From Octopus vulgaris (lineage: Eukaryota), in assembly GCA_951406725.2 (NCBI GenBank), contig OX597818.1, positions 8,742,001 to 8,806,000 of the forward strand: DNA of 64,000 bases. The letters are read 5' to 3'. The notes beneath the pieces were generated by a model. The model saw only the letters and a list, made by a program, of their open reading frames with translations, did no database searches and was not told the origin of the DNA. Shown here piece by piece: positions 1 through 14,315 of this stretch; the stretch's first letter is position 1, and each line of letters starts with the position of its first letter. The translations under genes were made by a program, and so were the position numbers.

Positions 1-540
1 CTTCCTTACTACTATGTTGTTGACGCGTTTATTCTGCGCTGAGAAAATAACGTCATTCGACGTTGAAATTGAACATTTGAAGTATGACCACAGGTAAGGC
101 TATTGTTTTTTGGAAGCTTAGTGAGCTCCATTGTCCGTATTGTTAATTATTTTTTCTAACAAGGGTCTCCACTGGATTCCAGAGATTTGTTTGCCAGTGG
201 TCGTACTAAAAGATTCACTTTTTAGTAAAAATTGTGTGTTTTCGGGAGGAGAGTCCCTCCCAAAATTTATGATTTTATGTGACTGTGTGCACTTTGTGGA
301 TTTTACCATTTCGAGTTCAACCAGAATTGGAGGAATTTCTGGCTGCTATTTTTGTGCTCCAAGGGATGTTTAACTGTGATACAAAGGATTACCAGAGTTC
401 AATTTTGTTGTCATTTGAACGTTTGTTGTCTTCCTTCGTCCTTTTTTCTCTTGTCTGTCTTTCCGCTCTTTTTTGTGTTAGCATTAGAGACTTTTATTTG
501 AACATTTTTGATTTTGTTGTGGACTTTTATATTATAGTTT
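1..540 (-). mobile_element. Possible degenerate N-terminal region of a Penelope-like ORF
   Basis: Minus-strand peptide KIINFGRDSPPENTQFLLKSESF loosely resembles the PLE N-terminal motif V.NLS..L...E..LL.KGL.F; the frame is broken. Confidence 0.25.
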
Positions 541-729
541 ATTTTAATAATATCAACCAAATGTAAGAAAACCTTCTAGTGGCAAATTGTGGCCTCCAAA
601 CAGTGACTAAAAAACTATGATGAGAGAATGGTGGTGTTGCAGACCTATTGCAAGGTCCGCGACACCATCTGTGTATTCTCTCAGACTGAAATTGAAGTAG
701 AGTCGGCGGGCTTACAGCCAACTTATAAG

Positions 730-1345
730 TTCATTCTTAGCAGTGCAAAGTACGCAATGGTGTGCGTGCTTTTCGACACACCTACGGTGGCTTAGAAATT
801 TGCGAGCCAACATATAGCCAACATATATACCGTCGCCCGGTATAGAGGCTGTATGGATAGAAGATTCTCTTCGTCGAGGAATGGGTGGTAGCCCTGTCAG
901 GTTCTCGAATGTAAAAATACTGCCTGCAGACGATTGGGTCGGGTCAAAAGCAATTTTAACCCTGTGGGTTCAATAGGCCGAAGATCTGGTTTTACCATAT
1001 TTCTTGATAATGGCCGGTTCCAGGCACCCAGTGATGATTGAAGGATGCCCCCCCCCACCAAGAGTCACCTGTGCCTGGAATCAGGACACATGAAGAAGAA
1101 CTGTTGCCGGAACCTGGCAAAGGTCCAGGAACAGTTGATTAATGATAACTGTAATCCTCCTGGTCCCCAACAGAGCCCCCTGCTACTTCACTGGTGGCTA
1201 CATTGGTACTGGAAAGAAAAGATTTTTCCCACAGGTCCAGATCCTTCCCAAAGGAGGACTAGAGATTACTTTTTTTGGCTCCGATTGGTGGTTGCAGGAA
1301 TACCTGCAGGCTGCAAAAGAGTTAATTGAGGGAGTAATGTAAGAG
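730..1345 (+). mobile_element. Degenerate LINE ORF1/gag-like remnant with CCHC zinc knuckle
   Basis: RHPVMIEGCPPPTKSHLCLESGHMKKNC matches a decayed CX2CX4HX4C knuckle preceded by a V.IEG.PP motif typical of LINE ORF1. Confidence 0.45.
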
Positions 1346-1615
1346 GTTTATCGCCTCCATATATATGTGTAGAAATTTTGGTTTCTTTGTGATGGACTTC
1401 TAGTCCAACTTTCTGTATATATTTGTAAGAGGTTTAATACCTCTCAATATGTTGTTTTTAACGAATATTGTTTTAGAGAAGCAGAGGTTCGGCGGGCGCT
1501 TTCTGTCTTCTCCTATCTTTATCATCTTGTATTATTATCATTCGCCTCATTAATGTCTTGTCCAGCCCGCAAAGCTACATATCTGCGTACTGCTTTTATG
1601 GCAAATGATATAAAA

Positions 1616-2007
1616 TAAAGTAGTTTGCTTACGAACTACATTGTTCCGGGTTCAGTCCACCGCGTAGAAACTTGGACAAGTGTCTTCTATCATAGCCTCG
1701 GGCTGACCAAAGACTTCTGAGTGGATTTGGTCGAAGGAAACTGAAAGAATTCCGTCGTATATATATATGTATATATATGTATGTGTGTATATGTTTGTGT
1801 GTCTGTGTTTTTCCTTCAACATCACTTGACAACCGATGCTGGTGTGTTTACGTTCCCGTAAGTTAGCGGTTCGACAAAGCGACCTATAGAATCAGTACTA
1901 GGTTTACAAAGAATAAGTCCTCGGGTCGATTTGCTCGACTAAAGACGGTGCTGCAGCATGGCAACAGTCAAATAACTGAAACAAGTAAAAGGGTAAGAGT
2001 AAAGAGT
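1616..2007 (+). mobile_element. Octopus tRNA-derived SINE (family A)
   Basis: gggttcagtcc B-box-like head, body ...gtggatttggt.gacggaaactgaaagaa..., internal (TA)/(TG) tract and gtaaaagagt tail; matches the copies at 3033, 12924 and 56455. Confidence 0.85.
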
Positions 2008-2983
2008 ATTGGTTTTTCCCTATTTTTCCTTCTTTCTCTTTGGATTCTCCTGTTTCCAACGAAGATCTATGCTCAAAACGTTAGCAACTCTGTCCCTTCA
2101 CGTAGCGTCAAATTAATATATTTCTTGTGCACGTCCTCACGTTCATATTTTCTTTCTTTTCATCTACTTTTTAAATGTTTATTTGTATTAACTATATGTA
2201 TTTGTGTCTGTGCCTGTGCGAATGTATATATATATATGTATATATATATATAGATAGATATAAAGAGCGAGGGAAAGAGAGAGTGAGAGAGAGAGAGAGA
2301 GAGATCTAGGCTTATGTATATATATGTGAAACATCGGAAATAAGTAATATGCAATGCATTTAGTTGAAGTGGTATGTATTTAATAATGTTCGGCTTCCAC
2401 ACTTCACTGCACGTTTCACTAGTTTCAGGATACGTTCACATCCTGAGTTGCACAGAGTTGGAGCTACAAAAGTTTTAAATAGATTTAAATTAAATTGAAT
2501 AGAAAATATTTAAAGGCCCCAGGTTGAGAATATCTGGACTTCTATTTGTCCTCCTCATGTCACGTATATAAATTATCTTAGCGGCAAGAACGAGTCATCA
2601 CTTTATGTTCCTCGTTGTAGACCAGACACTTGTGTCATATAAAGTATGTTTAGTGGGGTTCGGTATTACAGTGACATCGGAAATCTCATTCGGTGGTATT
2701 TATTTATCAATTTCGTATAGCTCACGGCACCATGTTGTGAGTATAAGCAAATGCTTGCAGCCTATAATGATTGTAAACCAAAGACGGAATCTGTTCACTT
2801 GAGGCAAATAGAAATTATATATTCTACAAATTTGTGTTGTCTAGCTTGAACTATGTGTATGTTTGTGTATATGTGCAGATTTGTATATTTTGCTTTATGT
2901 CTATTCCCATGCATATAATATAGTTGCATATTCAGGCATGCTCATGCAGATGTAGGATTGAGTGTATGTATGTATGTGTATAT

Positions 2984-3032
<49 letters not shown>

Positions 3033-3036
<4 letters not shown>

Positions 3037-3430
3037 TGTGGGGTAAGTAGCTTGCTTAGCAACCATATGGTTCTGGGTTCAGTCCCACTGCGTGGAACCT
3101 TGAGCAAGTGTCTTTTACTATAGCCTCGGGTCGACCAAAGCCTTGTGAGTGGATTTGGTAGACGGAAACTGAAAGAAGCCCGTCGTATATATGTATATAT
3201 ATATATGTATGTGTGTGTGTTTATGCGTTTGTGTTTGTCCCCCCAACATCGCTTGACAACTGATGGTGGTGTGTTTACGTCCACGTAACTTAGCGGTTCG
3301 ACAAAAGAGAACGATAGAATAAGTACTAGGCTTACAAAGAATAAGTCCTCGGGTCGATTTGCTCGACTAAAGGCGGTGCTCCAGTGTGGCAACAGTCAAA
3401 TGACTGAAATAAGTAAAAGAGTAAAAGAGT
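3033..3430 (+). mobile_element. Octopus SINE family A, near full length
   Basis: ggctgtggggtaagtagcttgcttagcaaccatatggttctgggttcagtcccactgcgtgg head through to the agtaaaagagtaaaagagt tail. Confidence 0.9.
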
Positions 3431-3694
3431 ATATATATATGTATTTACATATATATATATATATATATATATATACAAAATAAGAAAATGGAGAAATACA
3501 TCTAAATCATTAATCAACTACCAGATAATACCCAATCACATACTTTATTAAACCACTACATAAGAACATTAAGGTTAAACATAAAAATATATAGCAAAAC
3601 AGCGTACATGAATGAGTAATACAATACAATAGGTACAATCATTATAAGAGTATATAAATAAATAAGTATAGATATAAATATAAATATACACTAT

Positions 3695-3821
3695 ATCTTA
3701 CAGCTGTTTCGGCCATGCAGATAATTATGTCTCATTTTACCTATATTAACCATGTATAGTATGTCAATATGAAGTTATAAATGAGACATTCACAAAAATA
3801 TCCTAAGGCCTCTTCGGAGAT
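3695..3821 (-). ncRNA. Type I hammerhead-like motif with U4C core and long loop II, probably in a Penelope pLTR
   Basis: Minus strand reads atct-CCGAAGA-ggcc-(~90 nt)-ggcc-GAA-acagctgt-A-agat; palindromic helix III and GUA site. Confidence 0.55.
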
Positions 3822-4831
3822 TCTAAGGTATAAACCAAATTACACATATACTCATATAACTGTGGGTACCCATAATAAATCATTTACATATATATATATG
3901 AGTGCATATACTCATACTCTTATGCATACGCATATCCATAATAATACAAATAATATAAATCAATAAATATATGTTCCATATTCAATGTTTTTCAACTTAA
4001 TATTAAGATACTACAACGTAGAGAACATAGACATATTCATACTTCAATGCATATATATAGAGTCAGTATTACCTTATATTAATTTACAAAAAGTCATTAA
4101 TGTTAACATCAATACTGTTATCAATATCATTAATGCTACCAATATCATTGTTCTTATTTCTAATAACATTAATACTAATAAAACAATACATATATCACAT
4201 AAAAATCAATATAGTAGCAAAACCAGGGACCAACATAATACCACAGTATTATGCAAGGCATTAAATATTTGCACATACATACAAAAAAAGCAGTCAAGTC
4301 AATCAGTTTACATGGTGTTAATTTCCACACATGCATGTGAATTAATAATTTCTATTGTGACACTAATATATTATTAATTTCCGAAATAGTTATGAAACGA
4401 ACGCCGGAATTTGATTGGCTTATATTTTTAAAATTAAATTACAATTGTTTTTTTTACGGTTGGTTAGTTGAGAAACATCCACACGCGCACACTTGCAAAC
4501 GTGCGCACATACGCACATACACAGCCAAATCACAACATAACATAAGAGATATTAGCCCACACTTACACACACATACATGCTTACAAACAGTTCCACTCAC
4601 ATATATTCATAAATTCGTATATGTAATCATACATACATTTATACCCAGATGAAGAATGTAAATTATCATAAGGTACATAATTAAAATAACACCGTATTTT
4701 TCGTAAACAAATTATCCTACCACTAAAAAAAAACAATAATTCTATATCTTTACATTTCCACTATGCTTCTATTCAAATATTTACTAAATTATAAAATACA
4801 AAATACATGTTTGCCCATCAAAGGACATATA

Positions 4832-4920
<89 letters not shown>

Positions 4921-4996
4921 GTATATACATATTGCGTATATACATATTACTACCTATCTATCCATCTATCTAGCCATCTCTCTATCCCCCAATATG

Positions 4997-5045
<49 letters not shown>

Positions 5046-5499
5046 GTGCGTGTGTGTCTGTATTTGTGTGACAGTGTGTGTGTATCGACAAACTATGTCT
5101 AATGAACAGGAGATAGACCACAATATCCGTGAAGATAAAAGACCCTCTTTTTTAAATGACAGAATTATGGAGACCTATATTAAGGCCGCTCTTCGTTCTA
5201 CCATCTTCCGCCTACACGGTGCTGCCACACGCACTGGATTTGTAATAGATAAAGACGTGCAATTGGCATAGAATTGTTGTAGAAAATCTTCAAGCATTGG
5301 ACGTTAATTCCCATACCAGACAGGCGGTGACACACGCACACAATTACACAATCACAGGTGCATACATATAATGAGTAAGAGAAACAAACAAACTATACAT
5401 TGATTCAGACTATTGAAACGCGTGATTGATATATCGTGGGGAAAAAGAAAGGGAAGTAACACCAAAACAGAAGTGTAAAACTAAGACAAATGCGTTTAC

Positions 5500-5581
5500 A
5501 TAGATTTCTTGTAAGGCTTCCTCGATATTTAAAGTCGGCTCCATAATACAATGGTTAACATTGGCAGTAACAGGATGAGAG
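5500..5581 (-). CDS. Candidate 82-nt coding exon of an unidentified host gene (SHPVTANVNHCIMEPTLNIEEALQEIY)
   Basis: Minus strand has a tttaaacAG acceptor, an open 27-codon protein-like frame and a GTaaac donor; the sequence is not repeated in the window. Confidence 0.4.
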
Positions 5582-6051
5582 CTGTTTAAATTTAAACTCA
5601 CAAAAGGACACACATTTATATGCATATGTGTGTGTCTGAGTGTTTCTTACTTAATGCTCGTGAGTATACAAGTATGTGAGTGCTTCCGTGTGTACTTTAT
5701 TACCCAAGCATGCGTGTTGGCTTACTTCTATATTTATGTAAATATCAAAACTGTTGTAAACCAACTACTTTTGGTGATGAGAATATTCTCTCATATTCTA
5801 TTCATAAATATCTATTTGCATAAACATACTCATGTATACGTATAGATATGTATTTGCAATTGTATGTTTATGAGCGTGTTTGTATTTCAATGCGTTTATG
5901 TACGTATGCACTTTCGTGTATCCATGTATGTACACCTCACATCCACGAAACATAGTAGAGAATCTTAAATAAAGATATCACATAACCTCACGTACACTAT
6001 TTTCAAAATACCCTGTGTAGAGTCGTTTGGCATATGTAGGTACCTGCATAC

Positions 6052-6138
<87 letters not shown>

Positions 6139-7429
6139 AGTGTATGTATGTGTGTAAGAATATATGCATGTATCTATTTATCTATATGTATAATATATAT
6201 CAGTATAATATATATATATATTCATATTCGTACATATACACATGTCTATATATGTATATAGATATATATAGACGTACAAATACATGTACATATATACATA
6301 TATATATAATATATATATACATACATATATAGATGTGTATTCATATAAGTATATATATTTATATATATACACAAATATACATATATATATATATACACAC
6401 ACACATATATATATATATTTATATATATATATACATATATATATATACACATATATATTTGTATATGTATATACATATATATATATATATGTATGTATGT
6501 ATATATACATATATGTATGTATGTATGTATATATACATATATGTATGTATGTATATATACATATATGTATGTATGTATGTATATATACATATATGTATGT
6601 AGGTATATGTATAAATGCATATACGTACGGATGCACATAAAATAATAGTAATGTTAATATATGTACACATATATGTATGTAAATGTGAGGCCTTGTGTTT
6701 AATATGCATTTGCTATATATTTTCCCTGCGAACTTTGAAAGGCTTCTATACATTTACGTTTTGCCCAAATGTAATGTAACTTATATTTATGTATATTCTG
6801 AATATTTTCCCAAATTCTTATGGGCTTCGCTTCAGCCTCTTTCCTCACCAGTACAATATTTTATATCCGTGTTTTATATATGCAGCTCTCTGTATGCAGA
6901 ATGATATTCTTTTTCTATTTTCTTTCCATTAATATAGTGTATATATGCGATATAATAGAAATCCTTTCACTGAATTTTCGGTTCTTTATTTCATTTATAT
7001 TTATTTAAATATGCATTTTTGTTATGTTTTTAGATTCCACAATATGGTACTAATACCATCAGCTGCGCAATGGATTGTAGTTTCAACGGATCATCAACAT
7101 GATTTATTCTTTTTTTTCTCTTTTTTTATTTTTTGCTACGTTTAGTTTCAAATCCCGCCTGTTTAAACCTTGCTCTCACCATGCCGTTGTTGATAAGCAA
7201 CTACTAAATTCAGGGTGCAATATAACTGACCATTTCGTTCAATAAATAGAGTATCCTTTGTCTTTATTTAGCCTCATCACATGGCCAACTGTACTATATA
7301 TGATTGTATGGTGGTGTTTTCAGTTTATTATTTTAGTCCTCTTTTATATCTCCTGTTTTATATCTCTGTTAGTATTTTACGTCTATGTAATTGTTTTGCA
7401 AGATTCTTGATAAAGAAAAAATAACAATA

Positions 7430-7602
7430 ACAAGAGCACTCAGAGAGTGCAAACCTCCACCAAGGCAACAATCAACGTCCTTTCAACGATTAGCCAGAGA
7501 TGATTTTTAAAATGTGAATATCTGAAATAAACTTGATTGCTCTCAGAAACGAGAATACTACAAATGAATCCGATCGCTCGCAAACATTAAATAAATAAAT
7601 AA
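7430..7602 (+). mobile_element. Short non-autonomous element, possibly Helentron-associated (HINE-like)
   Basis: Begins aacaagagcactcagagagtgcaaacctccaccaaggc, resembling HINE/DINE-type ends; ends in (taaa)n. Confidence 0.35.
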
Positions 7603-8300
7603 ACCGCTTTCTGCCTTTATCACAGAGCTCCCGTAGCCACTGAATGGTATCTCTTTGGTTAATGTGGTTTATGTCAGCTTGTCTGCTAGGGGCCAAAAAC
7701 TGAGTTTTGTGTTCCCAAGTGTTGGCCAATTTTTCGAACGCTTTATGCTTTGCCATTGATTTCCCCTTCTTTGCGACATTTGCCGCGCTTCTGTCATGCT
7801 GTTCACCCGGGTTATTATGCATGAACTCAATAGCAAATTCTCTGCTCTTCTTCATGACAGAATGGAACTTCTTACGTCTCTCGTGGCTTTCAAAGTGTTT
7901 TAGCATACAGCCGTTAGACGTTTCAAGATATTTTGCCAGTCTAATTGTAGCGGTTTTGTAAGAGATTTCAAAGTAGATCAAGCTTCCGGTGCCTTGGGGT
8001 CTGGGCAAGTAAAGACGATCTGCTTCTGCCTTTGTGTGGCGCATCTTATTGTAAGTCAGCAGCTTTCGGATTTTCCGGTCAAACTTCCTAATTTCGCTGA
8101 TATTCCAGTTCAACACATTGGAACGATAAATAACAACTGTAACTGCTAAGGAATGTAACTCAAGGTTTAGGAATACTCGAACACTCCTATAACATTCCTT
8201 CTTAATCCCCCATTTCATACTCGCATGCTGAGTGCCAGGGCTTTCATTTATTGCAAGGTATTTGTAAGTTTGTTCCTGGTCATGTTCTATTATTATCATC
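7603..8300 (-). mobile_element. R4/Dong-like LINE fragment (RT C-terminal region)
   Basis: ORF 7490..8305 contains YKYLAINE...DRKIRKLLT.NKMRH.KA..DRLYLPR..G.G; paralogous to 9200-9870. Confidence 0.85.
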
Positions 8301-11300
8301 ATCAATCATCACTGTTCTTGTCGTTGTTTTCATTATTTTCTTCTTTCAGTTCTGTTTCCATCACTTACCGACGGTCTTCCTGACACCTAGGGTAGAGAAC
8401 AACATTGTATACATAGGTGGGCTATTAAAATAGACATAACAGGTTGTTCATTTACAAAGACATGTGATAGAGAAAAAAGGGAAGGAAGACAGAGAGAAAC
8501 AGGGGAAAATATAATAGTAAACAAAGAACATAAAGGAGCAAAAGGGAAAGAATATTCACGGTGACAATGCTCTTCTCAGTTGCTGTGGCGTACCTTTTCC
8601 TCTTAAGACAATCTTTTGAACTTCCTGCATAGATGGTAAACCAGGGATCATTCTTAAATAATTTTCAGTTCCTTTTTCGATCATTTGAAGTGTACTTAAA
8701 GTCATTGGTATTGTAACCGTCTTGAGATACCACATATTTTCAGTTTCGATTACCAAATCTTAATATATTCTAATCTTATCAAATTCTTTTGCCGAGATAT
8801 TATAGTCACAGGGTATGCTCATGTCAATCAATAAAGCGACATTATTGTTTTTGTCTTGAACAACAATATCTAGTTTATTTACTATGATGGTTCGGTCTAT
8901 ACATTTGGCAAGTCCCAAAAATGTTAAATATTCTGCCTCAGTTGCAGCACCACTGTGGTGATTGTGCCATTAGTCAGCAGGTTTGAATTTATAATGTCGA
9001 CATATTATCCAGTATACATACTGGACAACTCTGTCATGTCTTGATTTGTTCTCTACGGGTGCTAAAACCGCTGTTTCAACCACATTGTTGCAGAATCGAC
9101 TCTTTGGGTCTACAGCATTTTTCATCACATTAGCTTGAAAGTTCCGGGTCAATAAGCTCTGATCTTGAGTAACCTTCACTTTCTGCCTTTATCCCTGATC
9201 TCGGTAGTCACTGATTGGTGTGCTTCTGTTCTACATCAGCTGTTTGTTACGGGCCACATATTTGCCATGTACAGGTTTTTTGTTTCCACCGATCAGCCAA
9301 TTGTTCAAACGCATTTTGCTTTGCTATTGATATCACCTTCTTTGCGACTACAGTTGCCGCACTTCCAACATACTTTTCCACTGGGTTTCAGACTTGGAAA
9401 ATTTTTGCTCTCCTTTGTAACAAAATGGAATTTCTTACTTCTTTCGTGGTTTCAACGTGCTTTAGCATCCTGTCGTTAAATGTTTCAAGATATTTTGCCA
9501 GTCTAGTTGTGGCAGTATTGTATGATAATTCAAATTGGATCAAGCTTCGACCACATTGAACTCTGAGTAGGTAAAGACGATCTGTATCTGCTTTTGGGTG
9601 GTGCATCTTAATGCAAGTCAGCAGCTTTTCTTGTCAACCTTCCTTATTTCCTTTATATTCCAGTTCAACATATTGAAACTTTAAATAACAACCGGAACTG
9701 CTCTGGAATTTATAGCCAACACCTTCTTACGTGCATTTAACTTGGTGTTAAGGACTGCTAGAACTCTCCTGTAACATTCCTTCTTGGACTTCTTTTTCCT
9801 GCTTGCATGCTGAATGCCAAATCCCTCATTTATTCCGAGGTGTTTGTAGGTTTGTTCCTGCTCGAGTTCCTCTATGATTGCGTCGACATCCAATACCACG
9901 AAATGTGAGGTCTTTAATTTCCCTTTCTGGAAAGTGGCCTCGGCACATTTATCAAGACCAAATTCCATCCTGGTGTCATCACTGAATGCTTTCACAGTAT
10001 GTAGTTGTCCTTCAAGCTCATTATCGACTGTGCCATGGATTTTTAAGTCATCCATATAAAATCGATTACTTATTTTCTTGTAGCCAATTTTATAACCACA
10101 CCTCGTTCTGTTAAGTTCACTTGTAAGGGATATTAGGGCTGTGCAAAAGATTAAAGGTGAAAGTGAGTCACCTTGGAAAATGCAACACTAGATATTAACA
10201 TTATTTTTGTAGTCAGTACTCCATTAAGTGGCATAACTGGAGATTCGTATTTAACATTGACATATTGTGCTTCAGGAAGCTTGAAATCACTGGAGTAATT
10301 TTGAAGACACCCATCGATTTCAAGATCTATGAATGCGGGAGGCTGTCAAAGCCCTTTTTATAATCAATCCATGCGGTACCGAGATTTCTGTGTTTGTTAT
10401 GATAGTTCCCAAAGATCAAGCGATTGATTAAGAGTTAGTGTTCGCTTCCATATGAGCCTCGTCGGCACACTTTTTGTTCAGTGTGGAAAAATATCGTCCT
10501 GTATTTGTATATTTTCTCCACGAGGATAGATGTTAAAAGTTTATACGTGGTAGATATACATGTTACGGGTCGATAGTTTTGGGGAAATTTGGTCTCATTG
10601 TCCTTCGGGAGTAGGTAGGTAATATCTCTTGTTAACCAATCAGCTGTTTTCGTAGGATCTCTCATAATTTCATTGATTGACTGGACTAACTTATCGTGCA
10701 AGCACGGGAGCGATGTAAGCCAAAATGTTGGTACCCTTTTTTTACCAGGGGATTTCCACTTATGAGCCATCGTGAATGTCCTCATTAGGTCTGCTATGGT
10801 CATGTCGTCCTACACTTGTTCTGGTAAGTTTTGGCAGGATCCTTCTGTCCATATAATGCAATCTACATTTTCATTGGAAGTATTTTCATCACTCCATATA
10901 TTTTTCCAAAAGTTTTCAACTTCTTCCATGGGAGATGGGGATCTTCAGTTATTTTTTCATTCCCTATTGTTTTGTAGAATGTTTTGACATTGGATGTGAA
11001 CAGCTCATTTTGCTTGTAAAACCTGCTTCTCTTCTCAAGTCTTCGTATTCTTTGAGTTTTATTTTGGACTTTTTGCTTCAGTGTTTCTTTTGCTGAAAGC
11101 AGTTCTTCTCTTGGTGAGAATCAATGTTTTCTCTCCATCTTTCTTCCACTTCTGGATTTTACAGCGATTCCACAGATTAGTTCAATAACGTTATTTCAAT
11201 CTCTTTTTCAGTTTTACTTTTCCATTTTGGAATTCTTCTCAGGTTTGTTTTTCTTTGTCTTTTCAGATATACAAGAGGTTTCAATTTCTTTGCAGCTGTG

Positions 11301-12100
11301 TCAATAATTTCGTTTAATTCAGTGAGATCTGGTTTTAATTCTTGTAAAATTTCTTTTGTTATATAGTTCCCCATGTTAAATTGTTTTCTATTTCGGATTG
11401 TATTTGAGAGTTTATGAAATGTTTCTCTATCATGCATATTGGCGTATCTTACACCCGCTAACTTATTCAGTATCTTCTGCTTTATATCTATCATAGAATC
11501 TCTATGGTCTTCGATAAATTTATGGTCTTCAAATATCGTTTTTTACCACTTTTCTTGCTATCTTTATCCCATTCATTGCAATTTATTTCTTCAGACGTTT
11601 GCGTGTTCTGATCAGATGGCAGTCTTTCAGTTGAGGGTCTTGGAGAGTTGCTCTCTTCGTCTGGTACTTCGTTTCCTTTCTGTCTTATATTTAGGTAATT
11701 TTCCGCTATGTACGTGATCGCGGCTATTTCCCTATTTGTGTAACTTCTATTTCTGAAGATATCCCTCCTGATATTTGCTAACTTGTTTACGTCCAAATAT
11801 AGTCTGCTGTTTTGCTTACGTCTTCGATATATTTGATAAGAGTGTGAGGTGTGTCTTCTCTTCAGATGGCCTGCTTAATGCATAGTAGTAGGCGTATATT
11901 ACTTCTGTATACTCTTCTCGACTACATTTGATCCTCTTACATTTTTCTTTCTGTGGTTGGTGTAGTAGTGGACTTGGAAGGCCCGAGTTGGTTTAGGGCG
12001 TGCTTCGAGATTAACCATAGGATAAGCGATTCGGTGTACTTTTGTAATTTTCATTTTTGTTTCATATGATATTTCTGCTACATTAGAAATATTTTTATTG
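8300..12100 (-). mobile_element. Near full-length, decayed R4/Dong-like RLE non-LTR retrotransposon
   Basis: In order on the minus strand: EEYTEVIYAYY N-terminal motif, WKSPG, NYRPVTC, FQGDSLSP, YMDDLK, CCHC-like RHDRV and the RLE tail LVIETENMWYLKTVTIP...LRRAL; many stops and frameshifts. Confidence 0.9.
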
Positions 12101-12923
12101 AGACCCGTGTGATAGTATAGAGACAGTTGCTCTCTGTCACTATATCCAACTCTGCCATTATTACTGCTACAGTTACTTTAAAATTGCTATTACAGCATTG
12201 ATCATCGTTAGTTGCCACCAATATTGCCTTCATCTGTATCGTTGTGGCTAACCTTTGTAGCCATGGTGACAGTATAGCAGTTATTTAGTTAAGTTGCCAT
12301 CTTTGTTCCAACTACTGTATGGTATTATTAAATGTTGTTTAGCTTCGAAATTTGTCTTCTACTTGAGAAAGTCATAAATATGTGCGGGTTGGAGGGGAGA
12401 GTAGGCGGAAGAGAAGCAGTTTGGTGAATAGACCAAATACCACAGATCTATAAATAGGTTCGGCAGATAGTGATGAGAAAATCAACAATGGGACTTCGCA
12501 TTCCTGTGCAATCAGAAAACAAAAAAACCGTCACACCCTTGCGGTCAGCAGAGGTGTTTACCACTACTAGCGACCAATGAGACCAAATCACCCTGTTCTG
12601 GTTTAATTACTGATACAAAAAATAATAATATAAATAATGTGTATTCCTTTCTTTAGGTACTACTAGCGAATACTGGTCCCGGTGCGCGCACACGCGCAGT
12701 CACGCGTCCGCGCTAGCTAGTCGTAAGTAGTCGACCCTACAACGACTTGCGCGTATGCAAATGAGTTGATTGGCGCATGCACGATACATGCGCGAACAAA
12801 ATAAAATAATTTTTTACAGAATAAAATAAAAGAATGTTTTAAAGAAAGTAAATAAATTATTTCTTAGGACAATGTATATGATTTTTTTTACACAAATCAA
12901 ATAAAAAGCAAAGTAAATAGGTA

Positions 12924-13085
12924 GGCGCAGGAGTGGCTGTGTGATAAGTAGCTTGTTTACCAACCACATGGTACCGGGTTCAGTCCCACTGCGTGGCACC
13001 TTGGGCAAGTGTCTTCTACTATAGCTTCGGGCCGACCAAAGCCTTGTGAGTGGATTTGGTAGACGGAAACTGAAGGAAGCCCGTC

Positions 13086-13128
<43 letters not shown>

Positions 13129-13352
13129 TGTGTGTGTTTGTGTATCTGTGTTTGTCCCCCTAGCATTGCTTGACAACCGATGCTGGTGTGTTTATGTCCC
13201 CGTTACTTAGCGATTCGGCAAAAGAGACTGATAGAATAAGTACTAGGCTTACAAAAGAATAAGTCCCAGGGTCGAGTTGCTCGATTAAAAAGGCGGTGCT
13301 CTAGCATGCCCGCAGTCAAATAACTGAAACAAGTAAAAGAGAGTAAAAGAGT
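12924..13352 (+). mobile_element. Octopus SINE family A, full length, nested in the TIR element
   Basis: ggcgcaggagtggctgtgtg head to gtaaaagag tail; flanked by agtaaata on both sides. Confidence 0.9.
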
Positions 13353-13936
13353 AAATAATTTTTTTAACTAAAAAAATTTATTATTTTTTAAAAATATGTA
13401 TATGATTGTTTTTACACAAATTAAATATTTTTTAAACAAAATAAATAATCTTTTAAACTTAATTTTTTTTATAAACAAACTAAGATTTTTTTTTGAAAAA
13501 TGTATATAATTTTTTTACACAAATTAAACAAAGTAAATAAAAATCAAATAGCAAATAAAAAAAATTGAATATCTCACAGTTCTTGCAATTCGTTCGAAAA
13601 TGCAACCAAACAATAAAATGAAATGTTGAAGTTCATTTGAGTTCCTCGAATGTGAACCATTCTGAAAGATGCTTCAGAATGTTTTCAAAACATTCCTGTC
13701 CACTTTTTCCATACTGTTCCCTCCACAGAAATTCATCTAGGTACGACTCCACCATATTAGTGTGTACCCCCATCATTGTCAAAATTAATTAACTAAGATT
13801 AAAAAATTATTTACTTTGTTAAAAAAATATTTAATTTGTGTAAAAAAAGCATATACATTGTTTTAAAAAATAATTAATTTTTTTAGTTAAAAAAATTATT
13901 TACTTTGCTTTTTATTTGATTTGTGTAAAAAAATCA

Positions 13937-14246
13937 GGATCTTTTCAATTCTGAAGCCAGTTTTTTCAAATTTTTCCTACTGAACCAAACAATTTGAAAC
14001 TTCGTATACTGGTAGAATGTGTCAAAAGTAAACTTAATTGTAAACCAGAATGAAAACGGAATTGTAACTTCTAAGTTTAACGTTGTTTAATAATTAGAAT
14101 TTTAACCAATAATATTCCGTCATTCGGCTTTATTTTATTTACTCCGTCTCGACCACCAATTTGGTGACGTATTAAACATCTTAAATGTTTACACACGCAT
14201 ATACACGCTCACACACGCATATATATAATTATACATACATTACACG

Positions 14247-14315
<69 letters not shown>

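Noticed and set aside
4763-6753. Many ORFs rich in YI, CV, MYVC and HT, here and throughout the window
   Set aside because: They are stop-free translations of (TA)n, (TG)n and (TATG)n microsatellites, not genes.
12490-12520. ctgattgcacaggaatgcgaag on the minus strand as a LINE 5' ribozyme
   Set aside because: The core is incomplete and no helix I or III could be formed.
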